Under the pieces are notes generated by a model. The model did no database searches and was not told the DNA's origin. It saw nothing but the letters and a program-made list of their open reading frames with translations. The position numbers were made by a program, and so were the translations under genes. Below are positions 18,427 through 28,125 of a DNA stretch of 64,000 nt, piece after piece. The stretch is from Solirubrobacteraceae bacterium (lineage in GTDB: Bacteria; Actinomycetota; Thermoleophilia; Solirubrobacterales; Solirubrobacteraceae), in NCBI GenBank assembly GCA_035503075.1, contig DATJTT010000019.1, positions 11,929-75,928 on the forward strand. The letters run 5' to 3'. Numbering within the stretch: position 1 is the stretch's first letter; each line of letters begins with the position of its first letter.

Positions 18427-18537
18427 CGCAGCCGCGTCGGGCGCCCACCGCCGGAGGGGTCGTCATGCTGCTCGGCCTGCGCGAGCGGGAACGCCTAGCA
18501 TGCGGTGCACGCCGGCTCAACAAGCCCTCGCGACGCG

Positions 18538-18891
18538 GTGAGCACCTCAGCCGACATCAACCCCGACGTTCCGCCCTCCGGCAGCGGCTGCGCCGACTGC
18601 CTCGCCGGCGCCGCCCCCGGGTGGTGGCTGCATCTGCGCCGCTGTGCCGCGTGCGGGCACATCGGCTGCTGCGACAACTCGCCCGCGCAACATGCGACCG
18701 CGCACCGGACGGAGACCGGTCACCCCGTGATCCAGAGCTTCGAGCCGGGAGAGGAGTGGTTCTACGACTACCGCACGGGCGACTTCTTCGACGGGCCCAA
18801 GCTGCACGAGCCTGACAGTCACCCGCCGGACCAGCCGGTGCCCGGTCCCGCGGGCAAGGTGCCCCCTGGCTGGCAGAGCCAGCTGCGCTGA
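18538..18891 (+). CDS. UBP-type zinc-finger protein
   Basis: CADC, LRRCAACGHIGCCDNSPAQHATAH, HPVIQSFEPGEEW. Confidence 0.88.
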   Translation: MSTSADINPDVPPSGSGCADCLAGAAPGWWLHLRRCAACGHIGCCDNSPAQHATAHRTETGHPVIQSFEPGEEWFYDYRTGDFFDGPKLHEPDSHPPDQPVPGPAGKVPPGWQSQLR

Positions 18892-18955
18892 TCCGAGGCA
18901 CGGCGGCGAAGCGAGTGGTCGCAGAGACGCGGTCGCGTTCGCGCGTCAGCGGGCT

Positions 18956-19498
18956 TCACCGTGCAGCCACGAGCCGCGCGAGCAGCTCGAGAGCGTCCTC
19001 GAACTCCTCGTCCACATCGAGGCCGTCAAAACGCCCCGTGGCCTCGGACAGCGCAAAGCCGATGACCACGGTGCTCAAGAGTCGCTCCATCCGCTCCGCC
19101 GCCTCGCGCTCGAGCCCCGCGTCACGCAAGGCGCGCAGAGCCGCCTCCCGGGCACGGGTCGCCTCCTCGCTCGCGGCACGCCGCGCAAGCAGCAGGCCGA
19201 AAACCCGCGGCCGCCTGCGCGCGAGGCCGCGAAGCTCACCGGCAAGCCCGCGCAGGCGCTCATCCCACGGCAAGGACTCCGCGGGCAGCTCGAGCTCTCC
19301 GAGCAGCAGCTCGAGGAGCCCATCCAGCAGGTCGTCCTTGCCGCTCACGTGCCGGTATAGGGCCATCGGCGACACCCCCAGCTCGCGGGCGAGCAGGCGC
19401 ATCGACAGCCGCTCGAGGCCGTCGCGTTCGGCCACCGCCAGCGCCGCCTCGAGCACGCGCTCGCGCTTCAGCGGCAGCGGCGTGTACACCGTACGCAT
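18956..19498 (-). CDS. TetR family transcriptional regulator
   Basis: LSMRLLARELGVSPMALYRHVSGKDDLL HTH. Confidence 0.88.
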   Translation of the reverse strand: MRTVYTPLPLKRERVLEAALAVAERDGLERLSMRLLARELGVSPMALYRHVSGKDDLLDGLLELLLGELELPAESLPWDERLRGLAGELRGLARRRPRVFGLLLARRAASEEATRAREAALRALRDAGLEREAAERMERLLSTVVIGFALSEATGRFDGLDVDEEFEDALELLARLVAAR

Positions 19499-19554
19499 CG
19501 CGGCCAACGCTATCAGCTCGCACCCGCTCGCCCTCGGCGCTGCTGCCGCCGCGC

Positions 19555-20673
19555 TCAGCGTGGAGCCCGCGCGATCGGCCCGAAGCGGCGACGGAGGACC
19601 AGGTAGGCGATCCCGCCGCCGCTGAGCGGCACCAGCAGCCCGATCGCCTGGTGGAGCAGGACGGCTGCGATCGCGGCGTTGTGGCCGACGCCGTAGAGGA
19701 TCAGCATCGCCGCCATCCCGCCGACGGTGCCAATGCCGGCGGGCAGCGGAATCGATCCGCCCAGCGCACCGACGACGTACGCCATGATCACGATCGCGAA
19801 CCCTGGTATCGGGTTGGCGTGGATCGCGAGGAAGGCGGTCCACAAGACCAGCACGTCGAATCCGAAATAGGCCAGCACACCGAGCACGCTCGTCCAGCCG
19901 CCGCGATGAAACAGGAGCTTCTCGGTGTCGTCCACGGCATCTGCGAGCGTCGTGATCGCGCCGGCGATCTTGGGATGCTTGCGCTCCAGGCGTTTCGCAT
20001 GTCCGCCGGCGCGATGGGCGACGAGCCACGCGGCCGCGATCCCGGCCGCTGCGACCGCCGCCGGCAGCAGGGTCAGCAGGTAATGGCGCTCGCCGGCGAA
20101 GATACCTGTGGCGAGCCCCACCGCGGCAACGATCATCGCGAGCGCGTCCACGGCGGTGTTGAGAAAGCTGAGGTTGAACTCGCGCTCGGCGATCAGCCTG
20201 GTCGGCATTCCGAACCGGTGCATGATCCACACGCCGAGTCCGACGCCGCCCCACGCCCCACCGGGGAGCAGGAGTCCGCCTCCGAGCTGTGCCCACGCGA
20301 CACGCTCGTCCATTGCCCGCCCGCGCCCGTCTTGATCGAGCACTTTCTGCGGATCGACGATCGCGCCCCACGCGAGGGCGAAGCCGAGCTCGGACACGAC
20401 CTCGAGCGCGATCGCCCCGAGCAGCCATTGCCAGGACACATGCTCGAGGCTGTGCAGCGCGCGCTTGAGGGCCGGGATCAGCTTTACCACCAAGTAGGCG
20501 ACCAGCAGATACGCAGCCAGCTTCAGACCTCCTGTCTGCAGGCGCCCCTTCGCGTCTGCCAGCGCACGCTGCGCGTCGCGCTCGCGCGCGGACGGCTCGC
20601 GCGCGGACGGCTCGCGCGCGGACGGGTCGTGCGCGGACGGGTCGCGCGCCGCTCGGCCCTCGTCCACGATCAC
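19555..20673 (-). CDS. lysylphosphatidylglycerol-synthase-like (YbhN/UPF0104) membrane protein
   Basis: Multiple TM helices; GSIPLPAGIGTVGG motif; GTG overlaps the upstream stop (GTGA). Confidence 0.72.
   Translation of the reverse strand: MIVDEGRAARDPSAHDPSAREPSAREPSARERDAQRALADAKGRLQTGGLKLAAYLLVAYLVVKLIPALKRALHSLEHVSWQWLLGAIALEVVSELGFALAWGAIVDPQKVLDQDGRGRAMDERVAWAQLGGGLLLPGGAWGGVGLGVWIMHRFGMPTRLIAEREFNLSFLNTAVDALAMIVAAVGLATGIFAGERHYLLTLLPAAVAAAGIAAAWLVAHRAGGHAKRLERKHPKIAGAITTLADAVDDTEKLLFHRGGWTSVLGVLAYFGFDVLVLWTAFLAIHANPIPGFAIVIMAYVVGALGGSIPLPAGIGTVGGMAAMLILYGVGHNAAIAAVLLHQAIGLLVPLSGGGIAYLVLRRRFGPIARAPR
20581..20650. repeat. 15-bp coding tandem repeat (PSARE / PSAHD units)
   Basis: CTCGCGCGCGGACGG x3 plus a variant, inside the N-terminus of 19555-20673. 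Confidence 0.85.
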
Positions 20674-21860
20674 GCTACGCCGGCGGGCACGCCGATGCTC
20701 GCGTTGGCCGGGTCGAGCAACTCGAGGGCGAGCGCCGACCAGGCGAAGTCGTGGGCGCCCATGCCACGCCCATCGCGCGGGTCGTAGAACTCGCGTAGCC
20801 CCTCGCGCGCGACCGTTTCGGTGATCGAGCGGGCGAGCGCCTCGGCCTGCTGCTCGTAGCCGAGACGCACCACGCCGCGCCAGATGAGCCACGCGCTGTT
20901 GACCCAGGTGGGGCCCCGCCAGTAGCGCCGGAGGCCGTCAAAGTGTTCCCGCAGCGAGAACGACGGCTCATCGAGCGCGACCGCGGGCGGGGCGATAGCC
21001 GTCCAGAAGCGTCGCTTGTCCAGCAGGTGCTCCACCAGCCGATGACCGATCTGCTCGGGAAGGTCGGGCAGCGCGAGAGGGGCGAGCGCCGCCCACGTAA
21101 GCGGGATCCGCTCCTCGATCACCGGAACGGCGGCCGGCAGGAACAGCCCGCTCGGCTCGTCATACAGCCGGGCGATCAGCGCGGGCGTGATCGAGGGCAA
21201 CCCGAGCGCCAGCCGCGAGAGCCCGTGAATCACGTTCGTCAGGACCTCACACACGACCGGGTCGCCGTCCGCGAGCACCGCGTCGATTCGAAACCCGCGC
21301 TCGCGATTGCGGCGCACGAGCTCGACGAAGCCGGGCAGCCCCTGCGCCCGATCGCGCCAGATCGGGTCAAACTGCGGCGATGCATCCAAGCCCGACTCAT
21401 CGGGCTGCAGGATCCACAACAGCCCGTCCCCCTCGAGGTCGCGCTCGGCGCTGATCGCGGCGTGATGGGCGAGGATCCGCGGCTCGCGCGCCGGATCGCC
21501 CACCGCCACCCCCCAAGCGAACGCGAGCGCCGGCGGCTCGATCGTCGCGGTCATCGGGTCGTCGCGATGGATCACGTTGTAGAACAGCTCGCGCGCCCCG
21601 CTGACGGGGTGCTCCCAGAAGATCGTGTGGCCGATGAACCCGTCCGGCCGCGCCGCCGCGAGCAGCGTCTCGAGCTCCGTGCGCGAGCGCGCCGGGTCAA
21701 AGTGCCGCCAGGCGATCGCCGCGAAACAAGAGTCCCAGTACCACTGCCAGCTGTAGCGGCCAGGGCTCGGGCGCGTGTACGCAAACGGCACGCCGTCGCG
21801 CTCCCCGACGGTCCAGCTCCCCTCGAGCGTCTCGCGGCACCGCTGCGCAAGCGCGATCAC
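20670..21860 (-). CDS. GH63-like (mannosylglycerate/glucosylglycerate hydrolase-type) glycoside hydrolase
   Basis: YSWQWYWDSCF, QPDESGLDASP, YWRGPTWVN, REFYDP..G.GMGA..FAWS. Confidence 0.8.
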   Translation of the reverse strand: MIALAQRCRETLEGSWTVGERDGVPFAYTRPSPGRYSWQWYWDSCFAAIAWRHFDPARSRTELETLLAAARPDGFIGHTIFWEHPVSGARELFYNVIHRDDPMTATIEPPALAFAWGVAVGDPAREPRILAHHAAISAERDLEGDGLLWILQPDESGLDASPQFDPIWRDRAQGLPGFVELVRRNRERGFRIDAVLADGDPVVCEVLTNVIHGLSRLALGLPSITPALIARLYDEPSGLFLPAAVPVIEERIPLTWAALAPLALPDLPEQIGHRLVEHLLDKRRFWTAIAPPAVALDEPSFSLREHFDGLRRYWRGPTWVNSAWLIWRGVVRLGYEQQAEALARSITETVAREGLREFYDPRDGRGMGAHDFAWSALALELLDPANASIGVPAGVA

Positions 21861-21897
21861 GGGTCGCAGCTTCGCAAATCGCGGTCGCGCGCTGCGC

Positions 21898-22134
21898 CAG
21901 GAACGCGTCGGGGTCGCGCATCGCTCGCATCGCTATGTACTCGGCGGTCCACGGCCCGATCCCCGGCAAGGTCAGCAACTGGCGCCGCGTCCGCGCTCGC
22001 TCGGAGCCGGCGTCCAGCACGATCTCCGCGTGCGCCAGCGCCGCGACGAGCGCACACAGGCCGCGGATCCGCGCGCCCGGCATCGCGAGTCGAGCGAGGT
22101 CGGCCTCGGCGAGGATCTCGACCGAAGGGAAGAC
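21898..22134 (-). pseudogene. internal fragment of AlkA (3-methyladenine DNA glycosylase) fused in-frame behind the carbonic anhydrase
   Basis: FPS.E.LAEADL..L.MPGAR, HhH motif LPGIGPWTAEY, RDPDAF; lacks both AlkA termini. Confidence 0.8.
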
Positions 22135-22644
22135 GCGCGCGACGGTCTCGACGGGATCGAGCACGGCGTGCTCGCGCACGGCCGACTCCGTTGCGCCGAT
22201 CCGCTCGGCGTAGCGCTGGCGGAAGGCGTCGTCGGCGAGCGCGCCGGTTGCGCACTGATTGTGGTGGATCACGGCGACCTCGAACAGCGGGCCGTCGGGC
22301 ATTACGGCCTCGGCGAGCTGGCCGATGAAGGCGACGTCGTTGATCACCTCCGCGGTGACGCGCCCGCCGGCGTTGCGCAGAACCATCGCGTCGCTGAGAC
22401 CCAGGCCGAGGAAGTGCGCGGGGTCGACCCGCGGGTCCAGGCACGTGATCACAAACAGGCGCAGGTTCGGGAACACGACGGCGCCCTGGTGGCCACCGGC
22501 CGCGGCGAAGCTGCGGTTGCGCTCGAGCGCCGTATCGATGTTGGACGCGGCGGACCGGCCGCCGCGGTCCAGCTGCAACCCGGTCGCCCGACCCAAGCCC
22601 GAGCTGTCGGCGCCAACGCGCGTGGTGGGTCGCTCGGCGGTCAT
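22135..22644 (-). pseudogene. beta-carbonic anhydrase, C-terminally truncated or chimeric
   Basis: Zn ligands CLDPR and HHNQC intact; usual C-terminal G.VYD..TG segment replaced by AlkA sequence. Confidence 0.75.
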
Positions 22645-22692
22645 GGTCGTCTGTCTCCTTCGCTCGGGGGTGGCTTTCGTTTCGGGGGTCGC

Positions 22693-24261
22693 TCAGCCGC
22701 GTGCGCTCGCCGCCGCGGGCGAGCGCAGCGCCGCGAGGTCTGGCATGTCCTCGACGCTGGTCGTGGGCTGGGCGGGCAGCAGCGCCAGCGCCATCACGGC
22801 CCCCGCGGCGGCGACGCCCGCAGCGAGGTAGTCGCCCGTGCTGAAGCCGTGGAAGAAGGCCTCGTTCGCCGCGTCGTGGAGCGCCGAAGCGAGGGCTCCG
22901 TGACCGCCGTGCGCGAGCTTGCCGGCGACCATCAGCGCGGCGCCGACGGACGCATGCGCGGTCCGGCCGACCGTGGCGGGCAATCCCGACGGCAGCGCGC
23001 TGGTAAGCCGGCTCGCGTACAGCGAGGCGTACACGCTGCCGATCACGGCGACGCCGAGCGTGCCGCCGAGCAGGCGGGTCGCGTCGTTGACCGCCGACCC
23101 GACGCCGGCCTTGGCCGTCGGCACCACGCCCATGATCGCCTCGGTCGCGGGCGCGCTCGTGAGGCCCATCCCCGTCCCCAGAACGACCATCTGGGCGGCG
23201 ATCGTCATGTAGCCGGTCGCGGCCGAGGAGGTCGCGACCCACAGGTAGAACGCGGCCATCGAGAACAGCCCGGAGGCGACGATCAGCTTCGTGCCGAGCC
23301 GCACCGCGAGCTTGGCGCCGAGGATCGAGGAGATCGCGACGAACGAGGCGACCGGCAGCAGGCGCACGCCGGTCGACAGCGGGCCGTAGCCCTTCACGAA
23401 CTGGAACAGCTGGGTGACGAGGAAGATGAAGCCGGACAGCGCGAAGAACGAGATCGCGACCGACGCGCTCGCGGCCGCGAAGCGCGGGTTCCCGAACAGG
23501 CTCACGTCGAGCATCGGCTGTTGTGTGCGCCGCTCCCAGGCCACGAACGCCGCCGCCAGGAGCGCGGTCAGCGCGAAGCTGCCGACCGTCCGCGTGCTCC
23601 CCCAACCGTGGTTCGGGGCCTGGATGATCGTGTACACGAGCAGCCCGACCATCGCGGTCGAAAGCCCGAAGCCCAGGCGGTCGGTGCGGGGCGCGCGCGG
23701 ATCCCGCGAGGCCGGCACGTAACGGGCGGCGAGGACGCCGGCGATCGCGGCGATCGGCGCCATCGCGAAGAAGACGCTGCGCCAGTCTGAGACTTCGAGC
23801 AGCCAGCCGCCGACGATCGGCCCGAGCGCGATCGCGGCGCCGGTGACCGCGCCCCACAGGCCGATCGCGCGTGCGCGCTCGCTCCGCTCGGTGAACACGT
23901 TCGAGATCAACGACAGCGTCGAGGGAAACACCATCGCAGCGCCGACGCCCATGACCGCGCGGGCGGCGATCAGCTGACCGGTGTCGTGCATCAGCCCGCC
24001 AGTGAGGCTCCCCAGGCCGAACACGGACAGGCCGGCGAGCATCATCCCCTTGCGCCCGAACCTGTCGGACAGGCTGCCCGCGGCGAGCACCGACCCCGCG
24101 AACAGCAGGTTGAAGGCGTCCACGACCCACTGCAGCTGCGAGTTCGAGGCGTGCAGTTGACGCACGAGCGACGGCAGCGCGACGTTGACGATGGTGGTGT
24201 CGAGGTTGATCGCGAACGCTGCCAGCAGCAGCGAGATCAGGATGAGCGGCTTGCGTTGCAT
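22693..24261 (-). CDS. DHA2 (EmrB/QacA) MFS efflux transporter
   Basis: LDTTIVNVALP, LSDRFGRK, LGPIVGG, about 14 TM helices. Confidence 0.92.
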   Translation of the reverse strand: MQRKPLILISLLLAAFAINLDTTIVNVALPSLVRQLHASNSQLQWVVDAFNLLFAGSVLAAGSLSDRFGRKGMMLAGLSVFGLGSLTGGLMHDTGQLIAARAVMGVGAAMVFPSTLSLISNVFTERSERARAIGLWGAVTGAAIALGPIVGGWLLEVSDWRSVFFAMAPIAAIAGVLAARYVPASRDPRAPRTDRLGFGLSTAMVGLLVYTIIQAPNHGWGSTRTVGSFALTALLAAAFVAWERRTQQPMLDVSLFGNPRFAAASASVAISFFALSGFIFLVTQLFQFVKGYGPLSTGVRLLPVASFVAISSILGAKLAVRLGTKLIVASGLFSMAAFYLWVATSSAATGYMTIAAQMVVLGTGMGLTSAPATEAIMGVVPTAKAGVGSAVNDATRLLGGTLGVAVIGSVYASLYASRLTSALPSGLPATVGRTAHASVGAALMVAGKLAHGGHGALASALHDAANEAFFHGFSTGDYLAAGVAAAGAVMALALLPAQPTTSVEDMPDLAALRSPAAASARG

Positions 24262-24373
24262 GACTCCTCCTGGGGAGCTCGTGGTGGACTGTAGACGACG
24301 TTCTAAACCATTCAGACAAGAAAGTCAAGTCTGTAATCTAATTTATCTTCCTCCTGCTAGAGTTAGTTCCGTA

Positions 24374-25027
24374 ATGAGGTCCTACGACGAGTACTGCGCG
24401 GTCGCCAAGTCGCTCGACCTGGTGGGCGACCGCTGGACGCTGTTGATCGTCCGCGAGCTCGCGCTCCGCGGCGCCTGCCGTTACACGGACGTGCGCAAGG
24501 GCCTGCCCGGGATCGCGAGCAACCTGCTCGCCGAGCGGCTGCGCGAGCTCGAGCAGGCAGGCGTGATCGCGCGTGAGGACGCGCCGCCGCCGATCGCGAC
24601 CACCCTCTTCCGCCTCACCCCGCGCGGCGAGCAGCTACGGCCGGTGCTCGAGGACCTGATCCGGTGGGGGCTTCCGCTGATGACCGAGCAGAAGCCGGAG
24701 GATGCCGTGCGCAGCCACTGGCTGGCGCCGGCGCTCGAGCTGATGCTGACCGACCGCCAGCCGCAGGCGTCCGCCGTGACAGTCGAGCTTCAAATCGGCG
24801 ATCAGCCGATCGTGCTCGAGACACGCGACGGCGCGATCCGAACCCGGCTCGGACCGGCCGATGGCGCCGACGCGACGCTCACCGGCCCGGCCAAGCCGGT
24901 CTTGGGACTCCTGCTCGGCCTGCTCGGCCCCGGCGCCGCGAAAGCAAGCGGCGTCGAGTACGCGGGCGATCCGGCAGTGCTCAGCCGGATCGGCGCAGAG
25001 ATCCTTCCCGGCGCTCAGCCCAGCTGA
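24374..25027 (+). CDS. HxlR-family winged-helix regulator with C-terminal extension
   Basis: YDEYCAVAKSLDLVGDRWTLLIVREL, LPGIASNLLAERLRELE; divergent from the MFS. Confidence 0.85.
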   Translation: MRSYDEYCAVAKSLDLVGDRWTLLIVRELALRGACRYTDVRKGLPGIASNLLAERLRELEQAGVIAREDAPPPIATTLFRLTPRGEQLRPVLEDLIRWGLPLMTEQKPEDAVRSHWLAPALELMLTDRQPQASAVTVELQIGDQPIVLETRDGAIRTRLGPADGADATLTGPAKPVLGLLLGLLGPGAAKASGVEYAGDPAVLSRIGAEILPGAQPS

Positions 25028-25147
25028 GCCCGACCGCTACCGGAACGGCGCGGCCGAACGCACCTCGGCTCGGCCCGGCAACCGTGGCCGAGCCGAGATG
25101 CGACCGTGCGGTGGTCCGAGGATGACGCTCGGCGCTCGCCCGGACAT

Positions 25148-25633
25148 TCAGGCCGCCTGGGCCGCCTCGACGATCTGGGCTACGAACTTGCCCGTGACCT
25201 GCCTGGTGGCCGCGTTCAGCCGGTTGAACGCGTTGATCGCCGCGATCGCGACGACGAGCGCAGCAAGCTGCGCTTCGGTGTAGTGGCGCGCGGCCTCGTC
25301 CCAGACCTCGTCCGGCACCGGGTCCGGACGGTCGGCGAGCCGAGTGGCGGCCTCCGCCAGCGCCAGCGCGGCGCGCTCGGCGTCGCTGAAATACGGCGTC
25401 TCCCGCCACGCCGCGACGAGGTGGATGCGCTCGCCGCTCTCGCCCGCGAGCTCGAGCTCGCGGGAGTGGATGTCCACACACACGCTGCAACCGTTGATCT
25501 GGCTCGCGCGCAGATGCACCATGTAGAGCGTGGTGTCGGGGATGCCAGCGGTCTTCGCCGAGGCTCCAAGCTGCTGAAGCGCCTCGAGGGCGCCCGGCAC
25601 GCTCAACGCCGGGTTCTTGATTCTTGCCTGCAT
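25148..25633 (-). CDS. carboxymuconolactone decarboxylase / AhpD-like protein
   Basis: LRASQINGCSVCVDIH, WRETPYFSDAERAAL.LAEA.T, INAFNR. Confidence 0.9.
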   Translation of the reverse strand: MQARIKNPALSVPGALEALQQLGASAKTAGIPDTTLYMVHLRASQINGCSVCVDIHSRELELAGESGERIHLVAAWRETPYFSDAERAALALAEAATRLADRPDPVPDEVWDEAARHYTEAQLAALVVAIAAINAFNRLNAATRQVTGKFVAQIVEAAQAA

Positions 25634-25732
25634 GATCGCCGTCCTTCCGGGTCGTAATGTCTCGCGCGCCGGGCCGCGTGCGAGCTCGCACCTACCTTCA
25701 GAGCCCGGCGGTCCGACGTGTCTACCCTCTAT

Positions 25733-25759
25733 GACAAGCGGCGAGACGGGAATGTGACA
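25733..25759 (-). promoter_or_regulatory. ECF41-type promoter upstream of the CMD gene
   Basis: Minus strand TGTCACA-N16-TGTC versus the known ECF41 consensus TGTCACA-N16-CGTC. Confidence 0.7.
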
Positions 25760-25768
25760 TGTGATCCG

Positions 25769-25840
25769 CCCGCCACAAGCCCAGATCGTGGGCAAATCGC
25801 CCCGCCCCCGCCACAAGCCCAGATCGTGGGCAAATCGCCC
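25769..25840. repeat. 34-bp direct repeat x2 with internal CCCA-GATCG-TGGG hairpin
   Basis: CCCGCCACAAGCCCAGATCGTGGGCAAATCGCCC at 25769 and 25807. Confidence 0.9.
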
Positions 25841-25896
25841 ACCAGATCTTGGCGGGGCGCATCAGCCGCGAGCTGGTCAGGGATCAGGGAGCGTGC

Positions 25897-26550
25897 TCAG
25901 GCGACGGGAGCAGGCATTCCGGACACGGCCATCAGCCCGTGCAGGAAGACTTCGAACATCCGCCCGTAAAGCGCGGAGTCCAGGTAGGGCTCGATCGTGC
26001 GGCCGAGCAGAAACCCGTCGGCCATGAACATGGTCATGGCGGCGACGTCGCGCGCGGGCACGGCGGGCGTGGCGCCGAGATCGGAAGCCCAGCGTTCGAG
26101 GACGGGGGCCATGCGCTCGCGCAGATCGCGCTCGCGGGCGGCGAACTGCTCGCGGAAACTCTCGTTGCGCCCGGCGTGGGCGGCCAGCTCGCGATACAGG
26201 CCCCGCCACTCCGGTTCGGAGTCCACGCGCGCAAGGAAGCCCTCGGCGGCGGCGCGGGCTTCCCGTGCGGGATCGCCGGTCCCTTCGAGCACCGTGTCCA
26301 GACGCGCGACCTCGGCCGCGAAGTGCTCGTCGAGGAGCGTCAGGAACATGTCCTCCTTGCTGGCGAAATGGGCGTAGAACGCGCCCTTGGTGTAGCCGGC
26401 GTCGGCCGCGATCCGGTCGATCGAGGCGCCGTGCATGCCGAGCTCGCAGATCAACCGCGAGGCCGAGCGCACGAGCGCGGCGCGAGTGGCGTCCGAGCGC
26501 TCGACCCGCGACGGGCCGGCGCTCGCCCGCCGGGAGCGGACGGCGCTCAA
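25897..26550 (-). CDS. TetR family transcriptional regulator
   Basis: SIDRIAADAGYTKGAFYAHFASKED; TTG start overlaps the P450 stop. Confidence 0.88.
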   Translation of the reverse strand: MSAVRSRRASAGPSRVERSDATRAALVRSASRLICELGMHGASIDRIAADAGYTKGAFYAHFASKEDMFLTLLDEHFAAEVARLDTVLEGTGDPAREARAAAEGFLARVDSEPEWRGLYRELAAHAGRNESFREQFAARERDLRERMAPVLERWASDLGATPAVPARDVAAMTMFMADGFLLGRTIEPYLDSALYGRMFEVFLHGLMAVSGMPAPVA

Positions 26551-27926
26551 GCCGGGATCGCTTTCGGGGCGGGCGCGGGCTCAGCGGCGTCCGCGGCCGG
26601 ACAGCGCCCGACGATCACCGTCGCATCGTGTCGCGGGGTCTCGGTGATCGCGCGCCGGTAATTGCGCTCCGACTCGGGGCGCGCCGGGGCAAGCGTGCGC
26701 CTGCGGACCAGCTCGCGCAGCACGACCTCCATCTCGAACTGCGCGAATGCCGCGCCGAGGCAGCGGCGGATGCCGCCGCCGAAGGGGATCCATGTGTATG
26801 TCCCGGGCGCGCGTCCACCCTCGGACTCGATGAACCGCTCGGGCCGGAACTCGTTCGGTTCGGGGTAGATGTCCGCGCGGCGATGGACGAGATGGATCGC
26901 GGGCACGATCGAGGCGCCCGCCGGCAGCAGACGCCCGCCGAGCTCCATCGGCTCCTGCAGGCGGCGCAGCACGATCGAGATCACCGGGCGCAGCCGCAGC
27001 GTCTCCTGGATGACCGCCTGCAGGTAGGCGCCCTCCCCCGCGCGCACCTCCTCGGTCAGGCGCTCGATCCGCTCGGGATGGCGGCACAAGCGCTCGACCG
27101 CCCACGACAGCGCGTTGGCGGTCGTCTCGTGTCCGGCGACCAGGAGCGTCACGAGCTCGTCGCGCAGCTCGGAGTCGCTCATCGGCGAGCCGTCCTCGTG
27201 GGTGGCCTGCAGCAGCAGCGACATGATGTCGTCGCGCTCTTCCAGGTCGGCGGCGCCGCGACGCTCGGCGATCTCCTCGTAGATCGGCCGGTCGATGCGC
27301 TGCAGCTCGCGCCGGAAGCGCTCGATCCGGGTGATCCGCTCCGGCCCGAGCGCGAGCAGTGCGACGCCGTGCAAGGGGTCGGTGACGAGGTCGAGCACGT
27401 GGCGCAGCTCGGCTCGCAACAGCTCCATGCGCGCCCCCTCCTCGTTCATCCCGAACACCGCGCGCAGGACGATCTCCAGGGTCATCGCCTGCATGCGCGG
27501 CCGCAGCGGGTAGGGCTCGCCGAGCGGCCAGCGCTCGATCTCGGCGGCGGCGACCTCGGCCATCAGCGCGCCGTAGCGCTGCATCCGCTCGCCGTGGAAC
27601 GCGGGCAGCATCAGCTTGCGCTGGCGCAGATGCGAGGAGTCGTCGAGCAGCAGCACCGAGTCCGGGCCGAGGACCGGCAGCAGGATCCGGTTCGCCTCTC
27701 CGGCGTGCAGCAAGCGCGGGTCGCCGGTGAACACCTGCTTGATCGTGTCCGGGTCGGAGGTGATCACCCAGGTGCCTTCGTTGGCGATCGTCAGCGTGAA
27801 CATGTCCCCGAACCGCGCCTGGCACTGGTCCAGCAGCCACTGGGCGCGGCGGTACCAGATGACGCTTTGGAGCGCGCGCGGCAGGCGCGGGCCGGGAGGG
27901 AGCGCTGGCTGGGTCTGTGAGGGCAT
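26547..27926 (-). CDS. cytochrome P450
   Basis: AGHETT I-helix, ETLR K-helix, PERF, heme motif FGGGIRRCLG. Confidence 0.95.
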   Translation of the reverse strand: MPSQTQPALPPGPRLPRALQSVIWYRRAQWLLDQCQARFGDMFTLTIANEGTWVITSDPDTIKQVFTGDPRLLHAGEANRILLPVLGPDSVLLLDDSSHLRQRKLMLPAFHGERMQRYGALMAEVAAAEIERWPLGEPYPLRPRMQAMTLEIVLRAVFGMNEEGARMELLRAELRHVLDLVTDPLHGVALLALGPERITRIERFRRELQRIDRPIYEEIAERRGAADLEERDDIMSLLLQATHEDGSPMSDSELRDELVTLLVAGHETTANALSWAVERLCRHPERIERLTEEVRAGEGAYLQAVIQETLRLRPVISIVLRRLQEPMELGGRLLPAGASIVPAIHLVHRRADIYPEPNEFRPERFIESEGGRAPGTYTWIPFGGGIRRCLGAAFAQFEMEVVLRELVRRRTLAPARPESERNYRRAITETPRHDATVIVGRCPAADAAEPAPAPKAIPA

Positions 27927-27980
27927 AGGTCAAGGCCGCCTTTCAGCGAAGTAGGCGCGAGCGAGGCTCGGGACGGCTCG

Positions 27981-28018
27981 CATACTGGACGGTATCTGAT
28001 CACATACTGGGCGGGATG
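27981..28018. promoter_or_regulatory. two putative TetR operator sites upstream of the P450
   Basis: ATAC-tggacg-GTAT (27982-27995) and related CATACTGGGCGGGATG (28003-28018). Confidence 0.55.
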
Positions 28019-28125
28019 TCAAATCTGAGGAGTCCGCCCTGCACCCGAACGAGCCGGCGGCGCACTGGGAGCGCGCCAGACGCGACGAGACGAATGCCGC
28101 CGTCGAGCAGCTGATCGGGCTGGGG

